From Gammaproteobacteria bacterium (GTDB lineage: Bacteria > Pseudomonadota > Gammaproteobacteria > Eutrophobiales > Eutrophobiaceae): a stretch of DNA of 64,000 bases. The notes beneath the pieces are model-generated. The model was given only the letters and a program-made list of their open reading frames with translations. It was not told the origin of the DNA and searched no databases. Below, one piece after another: positions 27,417-38,533 of this stretch; positions within the stretch are counted from its first letter, which is position 1, and every line of letters begins with the position of its first letter. The stretch lies in contig OZ242265.1 of assembly GCA_965207165.1 (NCBI GenBank), positions 278,415 to 342,414 of the forward strand. Direction: 5' to 3'. The position numbers and the translations under genes are program-made.

Positions 27417-28772
27417 TTACTCACTGGTCATAGTAACGGGGTTCAATACCCCTATCTGTGTCAAAAAACCAAGGTTGTCCGGTGTCACCCAGTCTGCGGT
27501 AATCCTGTTGTTTTCGATCCGGTAGATGGATATCCCGGACAATTCGACTTCCGAACTGGTGGGTTCCTCTCCCATGAACGAGCTTACGTGCCGGCCGGAC
27601 GCGGACCAGCGCACCGTAACCTTGTCCCCGTCGCACAGGGTATCGTGCATGGTGAAGCGCCAGCCCGCGAAGCTGTCGTTGTTTTTTTGCACGATGGCCT
27701 TGATACCCTCAAGCCCCTGCGGGACACCGGGGTATTCAAAGTGGATATCTTCAGCAAACACTTCGTCCAGCACATCCATATTAGCGCCGCTGAACCCCTG
27801 GTAGAAAAGCTTTTCAACCAGCGTCTTGTTGGCGGCGCCGCACCCCGGCGCAGGGCTGATCAGATGGGGCGGCAATTGCGCAATCAGACTTTCCGGCACA
27901 CCCAGTGAACGCGGTCCGAAAATCCCGAAGCCCGGGCCGCGGGTCCACCATAACAGCATCTCGCCGCCATAATCGGGGAATTCCCCGGTCATGCCCTTGA
28001 TGATTTCAGGTAACGGCACTCCCGGCCGGGCGTAGGATTGATAGACCTGCATGTAGCGGATGGCTTCATCAATCAGACCGGCGTCGCCGTTGGGGCCGTG
28101 GCCGGGGTAGACCGTCTTTATGGGACCGGCGGTTTTCACCAGTTGCAACGCTTTAATCCAGCCGGACGGGTTGTTCAGGTCGGCAAAATAACTGTGCGTG
28201 CGGGAAAATATAAGGTCGCCGACAACAAGGGCTTGCCGTGAAGGCACGTAATAGGCGACGGAATGTACGACTTCGTTGGGAGGCAGGTCTATCAGGCGTA
28301 TTTCCTCCCCTTCCAGCAGGAGTCTGTCATCGCTGAATACATCGGGTATGACCGGTTCCAGCGGTATGTCGGCGCCCATCATGGGTTGCCAGTGGATCCA
28401 CTTGGCCGCGAACTGGTTGGCGATTTCATCCCGGGTGCCCTTGCGGGCGAGCACTCTTGCCCCCGGGAACCGTTCCAGGATGGTTCCCAGGCCCCAGTAA
28501 TGGTCGGGGTGGCCGTGGGTAATGAAGATATGGGTCAGTTCCCTGCCGGATTCCAGGATCATGTCCGCAACCTGTTGCGCGTCCGATGGTTTCCATTGCG
28601 CATCAATCAGTACGGCCTGTTTTTCTCCCAGGATGATGACCGACTTTTCGCCGATACCACTGTTTTTTGCATCATAGGACAGTATTTCAAGTGGCGCAGC
28701 GGAGGGCAGTACGGAGTACGCGCACAGGAGAAGGGAAAATAAAAATCCGGATCTGAGCTTGATATTGTTCAT
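27417..28772 (-). CDS. Exported MBL-fold hydrolase fused to a C-terminal SnoaL/ester-cyclase domain
   Basis: Signal peptide, THGHPDH, GDL and PGHG motifs; then LDEVFAED...GDKVTVRW..GRH...GISIYRIENNRI. Confidence 0.85.
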   Translation of the reverse strand: MNNIKLRSGFLFSLLLCAYSVLPSAAPLEILSYDAKNSGIGEKSVIILGEKQAVLIDAQWKPSDAQQVADMILESGRELTHIFITHGHPDHYWGLGTILERFPGARVLARKGTRDEIANQFAAKWIHWQPMMGADIPLEPVIPDVFSDDRLLLEGEEIRLIDLPPNEVVHSVAYYVPSRQALVVGDLIFSRTHSYFADLNNPSGWIKALQLVKTAGPIKTVYPGHGPNGDAGLIDEAIRYMQVYQSYARPGVPLPEIIKGMTGEFPDYGGEMLLWWTRGPGFGIFGPRSLGVPESLIAQLPPHLISPAPGCGAANKTLVEKLFYQGFSGANMDVLDEVFAEDIHFEYPGVPQGLEGIKAIVQKNNDSFAGWRFTMHDTLCDGDKVTVRWSASGRHVSSFMGEEPTSSEVELSGISIYRIENNRITADWVTPDNLGFLTQIGVLNPVTMTSE

Positions 28773-28894
28773 TCGTATGTTTCCCGATAATTGCCGGTTG
28801 TTAGTATAACCCTGTTTTAATAGTACAATTAGCAGATGGCAAACCTGATAATCGCATCATCCACCTTGTACCCGGCAGAGAGTGACGGCGCGGC

Positions 28895-30304
28895 ATGATT
28901 ACGCTACCGGCATGGCTGCTGCTGTCCGCATCCGTCCTGATCATCGTATTGCTGGCCGTTATTCTTGGCCGATTGTCGTCGAATCGCAAGGGGTCTGCGG
29001 AAAAAGTCCTGCGCGAGGAATTTCGTTCGAACAGGGAGGAGGCCACTGACAGCGCCCGCAGCCTGCGGCAGGAAGTCGCCAAGACCCAGAAGGACGCCAA
29101 TGACAGTGTCATCAAAGTAATCAGCGAGATGAACAAGTCCCAGCAGACGCGCCTCGACGCCGTCGAGCAACGTATCAAGGAACTGAGCGATAAAAATGAA
29201 ACCAGGATAGGCCAGCTCAGGGACACGCTGGATACAAAGATGAAGGCCCTGCAGGACAGCAATGACAAGAAGCTCGAACAGATGCGCCATACGGTGGATG
29301 AGAAATTACAAAGCACCCTGGAGAAGCGTCTTGGCGACTCTTTTAAACTTGTCAGCGAGCGGCTGGAGGCGGTACAGCGCGGGCTGGGCGAAATGCAGAA
29401 CCTGGCCACCGGCGTGGGTGATCTCAAACGGGTGCTGACCAATGTCAAGGCGCGCGGCACCTGGGGTGAGGTACAACTCGGCGCCATCCTGGAGCAGATG
29501 CTTGCTCCGGACCAGTACGAACGCAATGTCAAGGTGCGTCCCGAAACCGCGGAAGTCGTCGAGTATGCCATCCGCCTGCCCGGTGCCGGTGCGGATATAG
29601 CAGATAGCGTCTGGTTGCCGATCGATGCAAAGTTTCCACAGGAAGACTATCAGCGGCTGCTCAACGCCACGGAGACCGCGGATACGGATGCAATTGAACA
29701 ATCCATGAAATCCCTGACCCGCGCCATCGAGCTTTCCGCAAAAAATATAGGGGACAAATATATTGCGCCGCCGGCGACCACCGACTTTGCCGTCATGTTT
29801 CTGCCCACGGAGGGTCTGTATGCGGAAGTGCTCAGACAACCCGGGCTGCTGGAAAAACTCCAGCACGCCCACAGGGTGGTCGTCGCCGGCCCGACAACCC
29901 TGTCGGCAATACTGAACAGCCTGCGCATGGGTTTTCGCACCCTGGCCATAGAAAAACGTTCCAGCGAAGTCTGGCAGATCCTGGCAGCCGTCAAGACCGA
30001 GTTCGGCAAGTTCGGAGAGGTATTGACCCGGGTCAAAAGACAACTGGATACGGCGTCCAACACGATCGATCAGACCGGGGTGCGCACCCGGGCGATGGAA
30101 AGGAAACTCCGTGACGTGGAAGCACTGCCCGGCGACGAATCCGGAAATCTACTGGAACTTACCGACGAATTGATCACCACAGAGGCCACAGAGGCCACAG
30201 AGGATACAGAGGATACAGAAGATACAAAGGATACAGAAGATACAAAGGATACAGGGGATACAAAGGATACAGGGGATACAAAGAACAGAGTCGATACAGA
30301 CTGA
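28895..30304 (+). CDS. rmuC: DNA recombination protein RmuC
   Basis: N-terminal TM helix + coiled coil, KARGTWGEVQL, LPIDAKFP and FAVMFLPTEGLYAE motifs. Confidence 0.95.
   Translation: MITLPAWLLLSASVLIIVLLAVILGRLSSNRKGSAEKVLREEFRSNREEATDSARSLRQEVAKTQKDANDSVIKVISEMNKSQQTRLDAVEQRIKELSDKNETRIGQLRDTLDTKMKALQDSNDKKLEQMRHTVDEKLQSTLEKRLGDSFKLVSERLEAVQRGLGEMQNLATGVGDLKRVLTNVKARGTWGEVQLGAILEQMLAPDQYERNVKVRPETAEVVEYAIRLPGAGADIADSVWLPIDAKFPQEDYQRLLNATETADTDAIEQSMKSLTRAIELSAKNIGDKYIAPPATTDFAVMFLPTEGLYAEVLRQPGLLEKLQHAHRVVVAGPTTLSAILNSLRMGFRTLAIEKRSSEVWQILAAVKTEFGKFGEVLTRVKRQLDTASNTIDQTGVRTRAMERKLRDVEALPGDESGNLLELTDELITTEATEATEDTEDTEDTKDTEDTKDTGDTKDTGDTKNRVDTD
30179..30286 (+). repeat. Twelve tandem 9-bp units (ACAGAGGCC to ACA[A/G][A/G][A/G]GAT) inside the 3' end of rmuC
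   Basis: Encodes TEA-TEA-TED-TED-TED-TKD-TED-TKD-TGD-TKD-TGD-TKN. Confidence 0.95.
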
Positions 30305-30309
30305 TAGTA

Positions 30310-30436
30310 CTACATTGGGTGACGGCAGACAGGGATAGCCTTTTCAAGACACGCTGTAAATACGTCCATGTACGCTCATCGCCAGCCATCCATGGCTGTC
30401 GACGGTCTTGAAAAGGCCATCCCTGCCTGTGACCTC
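30310..30436. repeat. MITE/REP-like long inverted-repeat element between convergent rmuC and clpA
   Basis: Arms CAGACAGGGATAGCCTTTTCAAGAC / GTCTTGAAAAGGCCATCCCTGCCTG enclose CACGCTGTAAATACGTCCATGTA and the palindrome CAGCCATCCATGGCTG. Confidence 0.75.
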
Positions 30437-30465
30437 CGGAGGGAGGGTATCCATTAATATCTTCG

Positions 30466-32754
30466 CTAGTCTGCGGTATTCGCAGACAAAGCCATTCCGG
30501 CTGTTTCCTTCTCCTCGATCTCGATGGTGAGTTCATCGTCTTCGGCCGAGACGATGACATGGCCGCCGTGCAGCAGTTTGCCGAACAGCAGTTCTTCCGC
30601 CAGTTGCTTCTTTATCTTTTCCTGGATGAGACGCGCCATGGGCCGGGCGCCCATGATCTTGTCGTAACCGTGACTGCCCAGCCACAGGCGGGCAGCTTCA
30701 TCAACGTCGATGACGACCTTTTTGTCATCGAGTTGCGCCTGTAATTCGACCAGGAACTTGTCTACCACGTTGAGTATGGTCTTATGGTCCAGGGCGTTGA
30801 ATTCGATGATGGCGTCCAGGCGGTTGCGGAATTCCGGACTGAAGGTCTTGATGATGGCTTCCATGGCATCCGAGCTGTGGTCCTGCTGGGTGAAACCCAC
30901 TGATGCCCGGCTAATGCGCTCCGCCCCGGCGTTGGTGGTCATGATGATGATCACGTTGCGGAAATCCACATGCCGGCCGTTGGTATCGGTGAGGGTGCCG
31001 TGGTCCATGACCTGCAGCATCAGGTTAAAGACATCCGGATGGGCCTTTTCCATCTCGTCCATGAGCAGTACGCAATGGGGGTGTTTATTAACTTCGTCAG
31101 TCAGCAAACCGCCCTGGTCAAAACCAACGTACCCCGGGGGTGCGCCGATCAGGCGGGAAACCGTGTGACGCTCCATGTATTCGGACATGTCAAAACGGAT
31201 CAACTGGATACCCATGGCGATGGCCAGCTGTTTACTGATTTCCGTTTTTCCCACCCCGGTAGGCCCGGCCAGCAGGAACGCGCCAATCGGCTGTTCCGGG
31301 TTGCCCAGTCCCGAACGCGCCATCTTGATGGCCGTGGCCAGGCTCCCGACAGCCTTGTCCTGACCGAAGACGACCATTTTGAGGTTGCGCTCAAGGTTCT
31401 TCATGATGTCGCGGTGTGAGGTGGTTACCGTTTTCGGCGGGATGCGCGCGACCTTGGCGATAATGTTTTCAATATCCTGGACGCCGATGGTTTTTTTGCG
31501 TCTTGAAACCGGCAACAGACGTTGTGAAGCACCGGCCTCATCTATCATGTCGATGGCTTTATCCGGCAGGTGGCGGTCGGTGATATAGCGTTCCGACAGT
31601 TCCGCTGCAGAGCGTAACGACTGGTTGGTATACCGCACCTCGTGGTGTTCTTCGAAACGGGATTTCAATCCCTGTAATATCTTGATAGTCTCTTCGATTG
31701 ACGGTTCGACTACATCAATCTTCTGGAAACGTCGCGCCAGTGCCCGGTCCTTCTCGAAAATACCGCGAAATTCCTGGTAGGTGGTGGAACCGATACACTT
31801 GATGTCACCGGACGCCAGGACCGGTTTGATGATATTGGACGCATCCATAACGCCGCCTGAGGCGGCGCCTGCGCCGATGATAGTATGAATTTCATCGATA
31901 AACAGTATGGCGCCTTCATACTTCATGAGTTCGGCGATCACACCCTTGAAACGCTTCTCAAAATCACCGCGATACTTGGTCCCGGCCAGCACTGCACCCA
32001 TGTCCAGCGAAAAAATTGTGCAATCCTGCAGCACTTCCGGTACTTGTTTGTCGACTATCTGCTTGGCGATACCTTCGGTAATGGCGGTTTTACCCACGCC
32101 TGCCTCACCTACGAAGAGAGGATTATTCTTGCGCCGCCGGCAAAGGATCTGGATAGTCCGTTGCACTTCGTGTTCGCGTCCGATCAGCGGATCGATCTTG
32201 CCGAGTTCCGCCTGTTTATTCAGGTTAATCGTGTAGGCTTCCAGGGGATTTTTACCGCTTTCATCCTGGCGTGATTCATCGTAGTTGTCGGCTTCCGACG
32301 AAGCGCCGGATTCATCTTCCTGGCTTTTGCTGATTCCGTGGGCGATGTAATTCACCACATCCAGTCGCGCGATATTTTGCTGGTGCAGGAAAAACGCAGC
32401 ATGGGATTCGCGTTCGCCGAAGATGGCGACCAGGATATTTGCGCCGCTGACTTCCTTTCTCCCGGAAGACTGCACGTGTTGCACGGCGCGCTGGAACACC
32501 CGTTGAAAGCCCAGGGTGGGCTGGGACTCATGCTCGTCGTTATCACCCAGGCGCGGGGAATTATCCTCGATAAAGCGCGTAATTTCGGTGTGCAGTTCTT
32601 CCAGGTCGGCGCCGCAGGCCTTCAATACCCTGAGCGCGGCAGGGTTGTCCAGTAAAGCCAGTAACAAATGCTCAACCGTCACGAATTCATAGCGTTTATC
32701 GCGGGCATCGCGAAACGCATCATTCAATGTCTGTTCCAGGTCTTTATCGAGCAT
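30466..32754 (-). CDS. clpA: ATP-dependent Clp protease ATP-binding subunit ClpA
   Basis: Clp N-domain and two AAA+ modules (GEAGVGKT, GPTGVGKT, GAPPGYVG); downstream of clpS. Confidence 0.98.
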   Translation of the reverse strand: MLDKDLEQTLNDAFRDARDKRYEFVTVEHLLLALLDNPAALRVLKACGADLEELHTEITRFIEDNSPRLGDNDEHESQPTLGFQRVFQRAVQHVQSSGRKEVSGANILVAIFGERESHAAFFLHQQNIARLDVVNYIAHGISKSQEDESGASSEADNYDESRQDESGKNPLEAYTINLNKQAELGKIDPLIGREHEVQRTIQILCRRRKNNPLFVGEAGVGKTAITEGIAKQIVDKQVPEVLQDCTIFSLDMGAVLAGTKYRGDFEKRFKGVIAELMKYEGAILFIDEIHTIIGAGAASGGVMDASNIIKPVLASGDIKCIGSTTYQEFRGIFEKDRALARRFQKIDVVEPSIEETIKILQGLKSRFEEHHEVRYTNQSLRSAAELSERYITDRHLPDKAIDMIDEAGASQRLLPVSRRKKTIGVQDIENIIAKVARIPPKTVTTSHRDIMKNLERNLKMVVFGQDKAVGSLATAIKMARSGLGNPEQPIGAFLLAGPTGVGKTEISKQLAIAMGIQLIRFDMSEYMERHTVSRLIGAPPGYVGFDQGGLLTDEVNKHPHCVLLMDEMEKAHPDVFNLMLQVMDHGTLTDTNGRHVDFRNVIIIMTTNAGAERISRASVGFTQQDHSSDAMEAIIKTFSPEFRNRLDAIIEFNALDHKTILNVVDKFLVELQAQLDDKKVVIDVDEAARLWLGSHGYDKIMGARPMARLIQEKIKKQLAEELLFGKLLHGGHVIVSAEDDELTIEIEEKETAGMALSANTAD

Positions 32755-32769
32755 GGCGGCTTTTTGATA

Positions 32770-33093
32770 TCAGTAGGCTTTCTCCATTGTACATTTTAAC
32801 GGATGTTCATGTTCCTTCGAGTAATGATTTACCTGGACGACTTTGGTCTGGGCAATGTCATGTGTGAAAATACCACACACTCCCATGCCGCGTGTATGTA
32901 TTTCCAGCATGATCCGCGTTGCGGTCTCCCGGTCCTTGGAAAAGAATATTTCCAGGATATGCACCACAAATTCCATGGGCGTGTAATCGTCGTTCAGCAG
33001 AATGACCTTGTAGAGGGGAGGGCGTTTCAGCTTCGGCTTGGCCTCAAGCAGCGCCAGGTCTTCGTTGTAACGCTCGTGTGTTTTTTCAGACAT
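32770..33093 (-). CDS. clpS: ClpS adaptor
   Basis: [17 protein letters not shown]...HPLKCTME; probable ATG at 33093. Confidence 0.97.
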   Translation of the reverse strand: MSEKTHERYNEDLALLEAKPKLKRPPLYKVILLNDDYTPMEFVVHILEIFFSKDRETATRIMLEIHTRGMGVCGIFTHDIAQTKVVQVNHYSKEHEHPLKCTMEKAY

Positions 33094-33251
33094 TCCGGTT
33101 TTGTTCGGGTGTTTTGCTAATGATAGCGTAACAGGATATGACTTCCAATATCGTTGTTTCACATGTCTTGCATGGTAATCCCCGGGTGGTTTGCAGGCAA
33201 CACACAGAAAGTGTATATTAGCCGTTTTCGTTTTGCTAAGGGGACTACCAG

Positions 33252-34541
33252 ATGACTGATGAAATAAGGCAGATTGAACAGGATTGGGTGGAGAATCCGC
33301 GTTGGAAAAACGTCAAGCGCGATTACAGTGCTGCGGACGTGTTGAAGTTGAGGGGTTCAGTACTGATTGAACACACACTCGCCAGACGCGGCGCCGAGAA
33401 ATTATGGGAACTGGTCAATAACGAAGATTATATCAACAGTCTGGGCGCGGTGACGGGCGGCCAGGCCGTACAACAGGTAAAAGCCGGGGTAAAGGCCATC
33501 TACCTGTCGGGCTGGCAGGTTGCGGCCGACGGCAATACCTCGGAGACCATGTATCCCGATCAATCGCTTTATGCTGTCGATTCCGTTCCCACGGTAGTGC
33601 GCCGTATAAACAATGCCTTCAAACGGGCCGATGAAATCCAGTGCGCCAGGGGTGAAGGGAATGTGGATTATTTTGCGCCGGTTGTCGCCGACGCCGAAGC
33701 CGGGTTCGGCGGTGTCCTTAACGCGTTCGAATTGATGAAAGCCATGATCGAAGCCGGCGCTGCCGGCGTGCATTTTGAGGACCAGCTGGCCTCCGTCAAG
33801 AAATGCGGACACATGGGAGGCAAGGTACTGGTGCCCACCCAGGAAGCAATCCAGAAGCTGGTGGCGGCAAGACTGGCGGCGGATATCATGGGGGTACCGA
33901 CCATCGTACTGGCCAGGACCGACGCCAACGCCGCTGCGTTGCTCACCTCCGACATAGATGAGAGGGACCATCCTTTCGTCACCGGCAAGCGTACCTCGGA
34001 AGGGTTTTATGTGACCAATGCAGGACTTGACCAGGCTATTGCACGGGGCCTCGCCTACGCTCCCTATGCGGATTTGCTCTGGTGCGAGACTGCGGTTCCG
34101 GACCTGGATGAAGCCAGACGTTTTGCCGAGGCGATCCACAGCGAACATCCGGAGCAGTTGCTGGCCTATAACTGCTCGCCTTCCTTCAACTGGAAGAAGA
34201 ACCTGGACGATATCACCATAGCCAAGTTTCAACGTGAACTGGGGGCGATGGGATACAAATACCAGTTCATCACCCTGGCAGGAATTCATAACATGTGGTA
34301 CCACATGTTTGATCTTGCCCATAACTACGTACACAGGGGCATGACTGCCTACGTCGAGATGATACAGGAACCGGAATTTGCCGCGGCGAAAAAAGGCTAT
34401 ACGTTCGCCTCGCACCAGCAGGAAGTGGGCGCCGGTTATTTTGACGATGTGACCACCATCATACAGGGCGGCAGTTCTTCGGTGACCGCGTTGGCGGGTT
34501 CCACGGAAGAGGATCAGTTTGACAAGGCTGCCAGTAGCTGA
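33252..34541 (+). CDS. aceA: Isocitrate lyase
   Basis: [11 protein letters not shown] signature, [10 protein letters not shown] and [11 protein letters not shown]. Confidence 0.98.
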   Translation: MTDEIRQIEQDWVENPRWKNVKRDYSAADVLKLRGSVLIEHTLARRGAEKLWELVNNEDYINSLGAVTGGQAVQQVKAGVKAIYLSGWQVAADGNTSETMYPDQSLYAVDSVPTVVRRINNAFKRADEIQCARGEGNVDYFAPVVADAEAGFGGVLNAFELMKAMIEAGAAGVHFEDQLASVKKCGHMGGKVLVPTQEAIQKLVAARLAADIMGVPTIVLARTDANAAALLTSDIDERDHPFVTGKRTSEGFYVTNAGLDQAIARGLAYAPYADLLWCETAVPDLDEARRFAEAIHSEHPEQLLAYNCSPSFNWKKNLDDITIAKFQRELGAMGYKYQFITLAGIHNMWYHMFDLAHNYVHRGMTAYVEMIQEPEFAAAKKGYTFASHQQEVGAGYFDDVTTIIQGGSSSVTALAGSTEEDQFDKAASS

Positions 34542-34544
34542 AAG

Positions 34545-34579
34545 CAGGGATCAGGGACCAGGGATCAGGGATCAGGAGA
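34545..34579. repeat. Tandem heptamer CAGGGA[T/C] x4-5
   Basis: CAGGGAT-CAGGGAC-CAGGGAT-CAGGGAT-CAGGAGA immediately after the aceA stop. Confidence 0.85.
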
Positions 34580-34586
34580 TTTATAG

Positions 34587-34622
34587 AGCAGGGGCAGAGC
34601 GCTGAATCTGCCCCTGCTGTTT
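34587..34622 (+). terminator. Hairpin, probable terminator after aceA
   Basis: 12-bp stem AGCAGGGGCAGA/TCTGCCCCTGCT with only a short T tail. Confidence 0.6.
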
Positions 34623-34635
34623 CTCAAAATTATCA

Positions 34636-35283
34636 ATGAGCTTCACATCCCAGTTCCGTAAGCGGTTATCTGCCCTTGAGGAACGGGAACCGCAAACCTT
34701 CCCTGAACACCTGTTCCCCCGGGAATATTCCCGGGCGGCTGTTCTATTGCTGTTCTGGCCGGGCCCGGATGATGCCGTTGAGCTTGTTTTAACCAAGCGC
34801 ACCGAGACCGTTTCAAGCCACCGCGGGCAGGTTTCCTTCCCCGGCGGCGTGTTTCATGCCGGTGACAGCGATCTGGCTGCTACGGCCCTCCGGGAGACAC
34901 AGGAGGAACTTGGGATTGACCCGGATGTCGTCACCATAATGGGGCGGCTGGATGACGCCTGGAGCATAGCCGGCCACCATGTAATCCCGTACGTTGGCTG
35001 GACCCACAAGGCGCCCGGGATGCAGGCAAACAGCAATGAAGTGGCAGAGGTGATCGTTGCCGATGTCCGGGTGCTGTTACGCCCGGAAGTCAATACCACC
35101 CATACGGTTGATTTCCTCGATAAACCGCGCACAACCCATGCTTTTGACTGGGATGGCGGTTACGTGTGGGGATTGACTGCCGATATGCTGCGGGAATTTC
35201 TCAACTGGCTGAATGACGAACCCTGTGATCGGTTCCGCAGGCGCATCCGTAAAATGGATGACCTGGTGAGAAATGCGGGCTAG
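34636..35283 (+). CDS. Nudix CoA pyrophosphatase (NudL-like)
   Basis: LTKR....SHRGQVSFPGG NuCoA motif, ALRETQEELG Nudix box and VWGLTA. Confidence 0.9.
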   Translation: MSFTSQFRKRLSALEEREPQTFPEHLFPREYSRAAVLLLFWPGPDDAVELVLTKRTETVSSHRGQVSFPGGVFHAGDSDLAATALRETQEELGIDPDVVTIMGRLDDAWSIAGHHVIPYVGWTHKAPGMQANSNEVAEVIVADVRVLLRPEVNTTHTVDFLDKPRTTHAFDWDGGYVWGLTADMLREFLNWLNDEPCDRFRRRIRKMDDLVRNAG

Positions 35284-35303
35284 CTGTTGGATGTATGTTC
35301 GGG

Positions 35304-36473
<1,170 letters not shown>

Positions 36474-36536
36474 TCAAAATCCCCGCAGTTGAACAGGCAG
36501 TGGCGCAGAGACGGCCGGACTGCCGGGGCCAGGGAT

Positions 36537-37103
36537 TCACCCTTGTGAGGAAGAGATGTCGGTATTCCGTATGATGCCTTCGTACAGTTTTTCGAATTGG
36601 GTCTGGACCACGTCGCCGAATAACGGGTCCTCGACCTGGGAGATATTATCGTCGATCATCCGCCACTCCGTGTCCTCCAGAGTGGACTTTGCCTTTGGGA
36701 AGATTGTTCCTTCCTCCAGGTTCATGTGCTTCCATAATAATGCGGTGTATGCCCTGGCGTTATCCAGGACCATGTCCAGGGGTATTATGGCGCCGTTGAG
36801 CACGCCGTTTAACGCGTCTTTCAAGGCCAGCCCGGTGGCGGCCAGTTGTTTGTGCTCGTCATACAATTCTTCGACCTCCGCCGCACAGCCCTGGTCGAGC
36901 GCCCCCAGGACATCAAAGATGAGTTCCTCATGGGGGTGATGGAAGGTATCGGGATAACTGACCATGTAGTTAGCAATGTCAAACATGCGCACGAAATCCG
37001 GTTCGTCCCCGTGCTCCAGCTTGTCTGCTTCAGCAGTCAGCAGGTTCAGTAGAACTGCGTAGTTTTTGTGGTCTTCGTGGAGGGTTTGAAGTAAGGTAGC
37101 CAT
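36537..37103 (-). CDS. Hemerythrin-like HHE domain protein
   Basis: LHEDH, HHPHEE, EH and HMNLEEGTIFP motifs. Confidence 0.85.
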   Translation of the reverse strand: MATLLQTLHEDHKNYAVLLNLLTAEADKLEHGDEPDFVRMFDIANYMVSYPDTFHHPHEELIFDVLGALDQGCAAEVEELYDEHKQLAATGLALKDALNGVLNGAIIPLDMVLDNARAYTALLWKHMNLEEGTIFPKAKSTLEDTEWRMIDDNISQVEDPLFGDVVQTQFEKLYEGIIRNTDISSSQG

Positions 37104-37249
37104 GGCAAATAGTTTCATGGATTAGTAAAATTATAGCAGTTCGCCGGACAAGCGTATATGAAAGTACCTGCTGCGCGGTCCGGCAAACTCAATGCCGGGC
37201 TTTTGCAGGCGTCCTGGCGAAAACAATGACAACCTGATATATCCTGACC

Positions 37250-38533
37250 ATGCATGATCTGCAACAACTGGCCTTGATCTGGGCCAGCGTTTTCATCGCT
37301 TCGTGGCTGGCGGCAAAGACCAAGCTTACACCGGTGCTGTATTTCCTTGCCGCCGGATGCGTGATGGTCAACCTGGGCTGGCTCCCCGAGCACAGTACCC
37401 CATTCATCGCAGGAATTTCCGAAGTGGGCATTATCCTGATCATGTTCGCGCTCGGATTTGAGGCAAACCCGAGACATTTTATCCGCAGTATCAAGCGCAG
37501 TTGGGGGATCGCCCTGTTCGGAGCCCTGGGCCCGTTTATCGCAGCCTGGTCCTGTGCCCAGTATTTCTGGGGTGATGACCGGATTGCCATGTTGTGCGGT
37601 TTGACCATGACTGCGACCGCAGTGTCGTTGACCATGGTTTCCCTGAAAAGTGAAGGCCTGCACCTGTCCGGCGCAGCAAGCGGCATCATGACCTCGGCAA
37701 TAATAGATGATATCGCTTCCCTGGCTCTGGTTGCCATCCTGATACCGGTAGCCACGGGAGCAGGGGATTTATCCGTAACCGGGATTGCTACGATAGTGCT
37801 CAGAGCGCTGCTCTTCTTTGTCCTTATTGTTGCAATTGCAATCTGGATCATGCCGCACAGCGCCGAGCAGGGGTTGCTAAAGCGTTATCCGTTCCTGCAA
37901 CGTTTCGGAATGAGCAATATGCTCTCCATAGACGACGGCAGCAAGGCCACCCTCGGTATTTTACTCGTCGCCATTTCGATCAGCCTGCTTGCCCACTACC
38001 TGGGTCTGCATCCGGCCATCGGCGCCTACATGGCGGGCCTGATCATCAAGGAGGAGTACTTTCACTTTGGCAAGAGGGAAAACAGCAGGGCCCTGTACCG
38101 TGACACGCGCAGGATCATTGATGATGCGGCCTTCTCGTGGATAGGCCCCATCTTTTTTGTCAACCTGGGCACTCATATCGTTTTCGACCCGGTTATTTTC
38201 GCGTCCATTCTTGATGAAACCCTGTTGCTGCTTGCGGGCGTGTTCTTTGCCCAGGTGATCTCGGCCACAGCGGCGGCGCGTTATACCGGAAGCTTCAACT
38301 GGCAGGATTCCGTGATGATCGGGTTCGGCATGCTGGGCCGCGCGGAACTGGCGTTTGTGGTGATGAATATAGCCTACACGCAACACGGCATCTTCACCGA
38401 GGAAGTATTTTACACCCTCATGATTACCATATTCTGGCTTAACGTCTCGGTGCCGGTCACCATCAGGTTCTGGCGACCCTATTATTCTGGGGAAAAACCG
38501 CTGCCAGCAATTTTTAAAATTAGGAATTCGTAA
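37250..38533 (+). CDS. Cation:proton antiporter (CPA2)
   Basis: EVGIILIMFALGFE, ATAVSLT, AIIDDIASL, IGAYMAG, PIFFV and GRAELA motifs. Confidence 0.9.
   Translation: MHDLQQLALIWASVFIASWLAAKTKLTPVLYFLAAGCVMVNLGWLPEHSTPFIAGISEVGIILIMFALGFEANPRHFIRSIKRSWGIALFGALGPFIAAWSCAQYFWGDDRIAMLCGLTMTATAVSLTMVSLKSEGLHLSGAASGIMTSAIIDDIASLALVAILIPVATGAGDLSVTGIATIVLRALLFFVLIVAIAIWIMPHSAEQGLLKRYPFLQRFGMSNMLSIDDGSKATLGILLVAISISLLAHYLGLHPAIGAYMAGLIIKEEYFHFGKRENSRALYRDTRRIIDDAAFSWIGPIFFVNLGTHIVFDPVIFASILDETLLLLAGVFFAQVISATAAARYTGSFNWQDSVMIGFGMLGRAELAFVVMNIAYTQHGIFTEEVFYTLMITIFWLNVSVPVTIRFWRPYYSGEKPLPAIFKIRNS

Noticed and set aside
27409-27422. GAGAATCGTTACTC, similar to the LacI operator
   Set aside because: It overlaps a stop codon between convergent genes with no promoter nearby; probably chance, though it could predate the toxin-antitoxin insertion.
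30179-30286. Possible CRISPR array (also the heptamer arrays at 19600, 34545 and 50222)
   Set aside because: Units are 7-9 bp and contiguous, with no unique spacers and no cas genes.
33402-34415. Long antisense ORFs (337 aa opposite aceA; also 21131-21883, 28801-29571, 44190-44900 and others)
   Set aside because: They are shadows of well-conserved genes on the other strand and carry no recognisable motifs.
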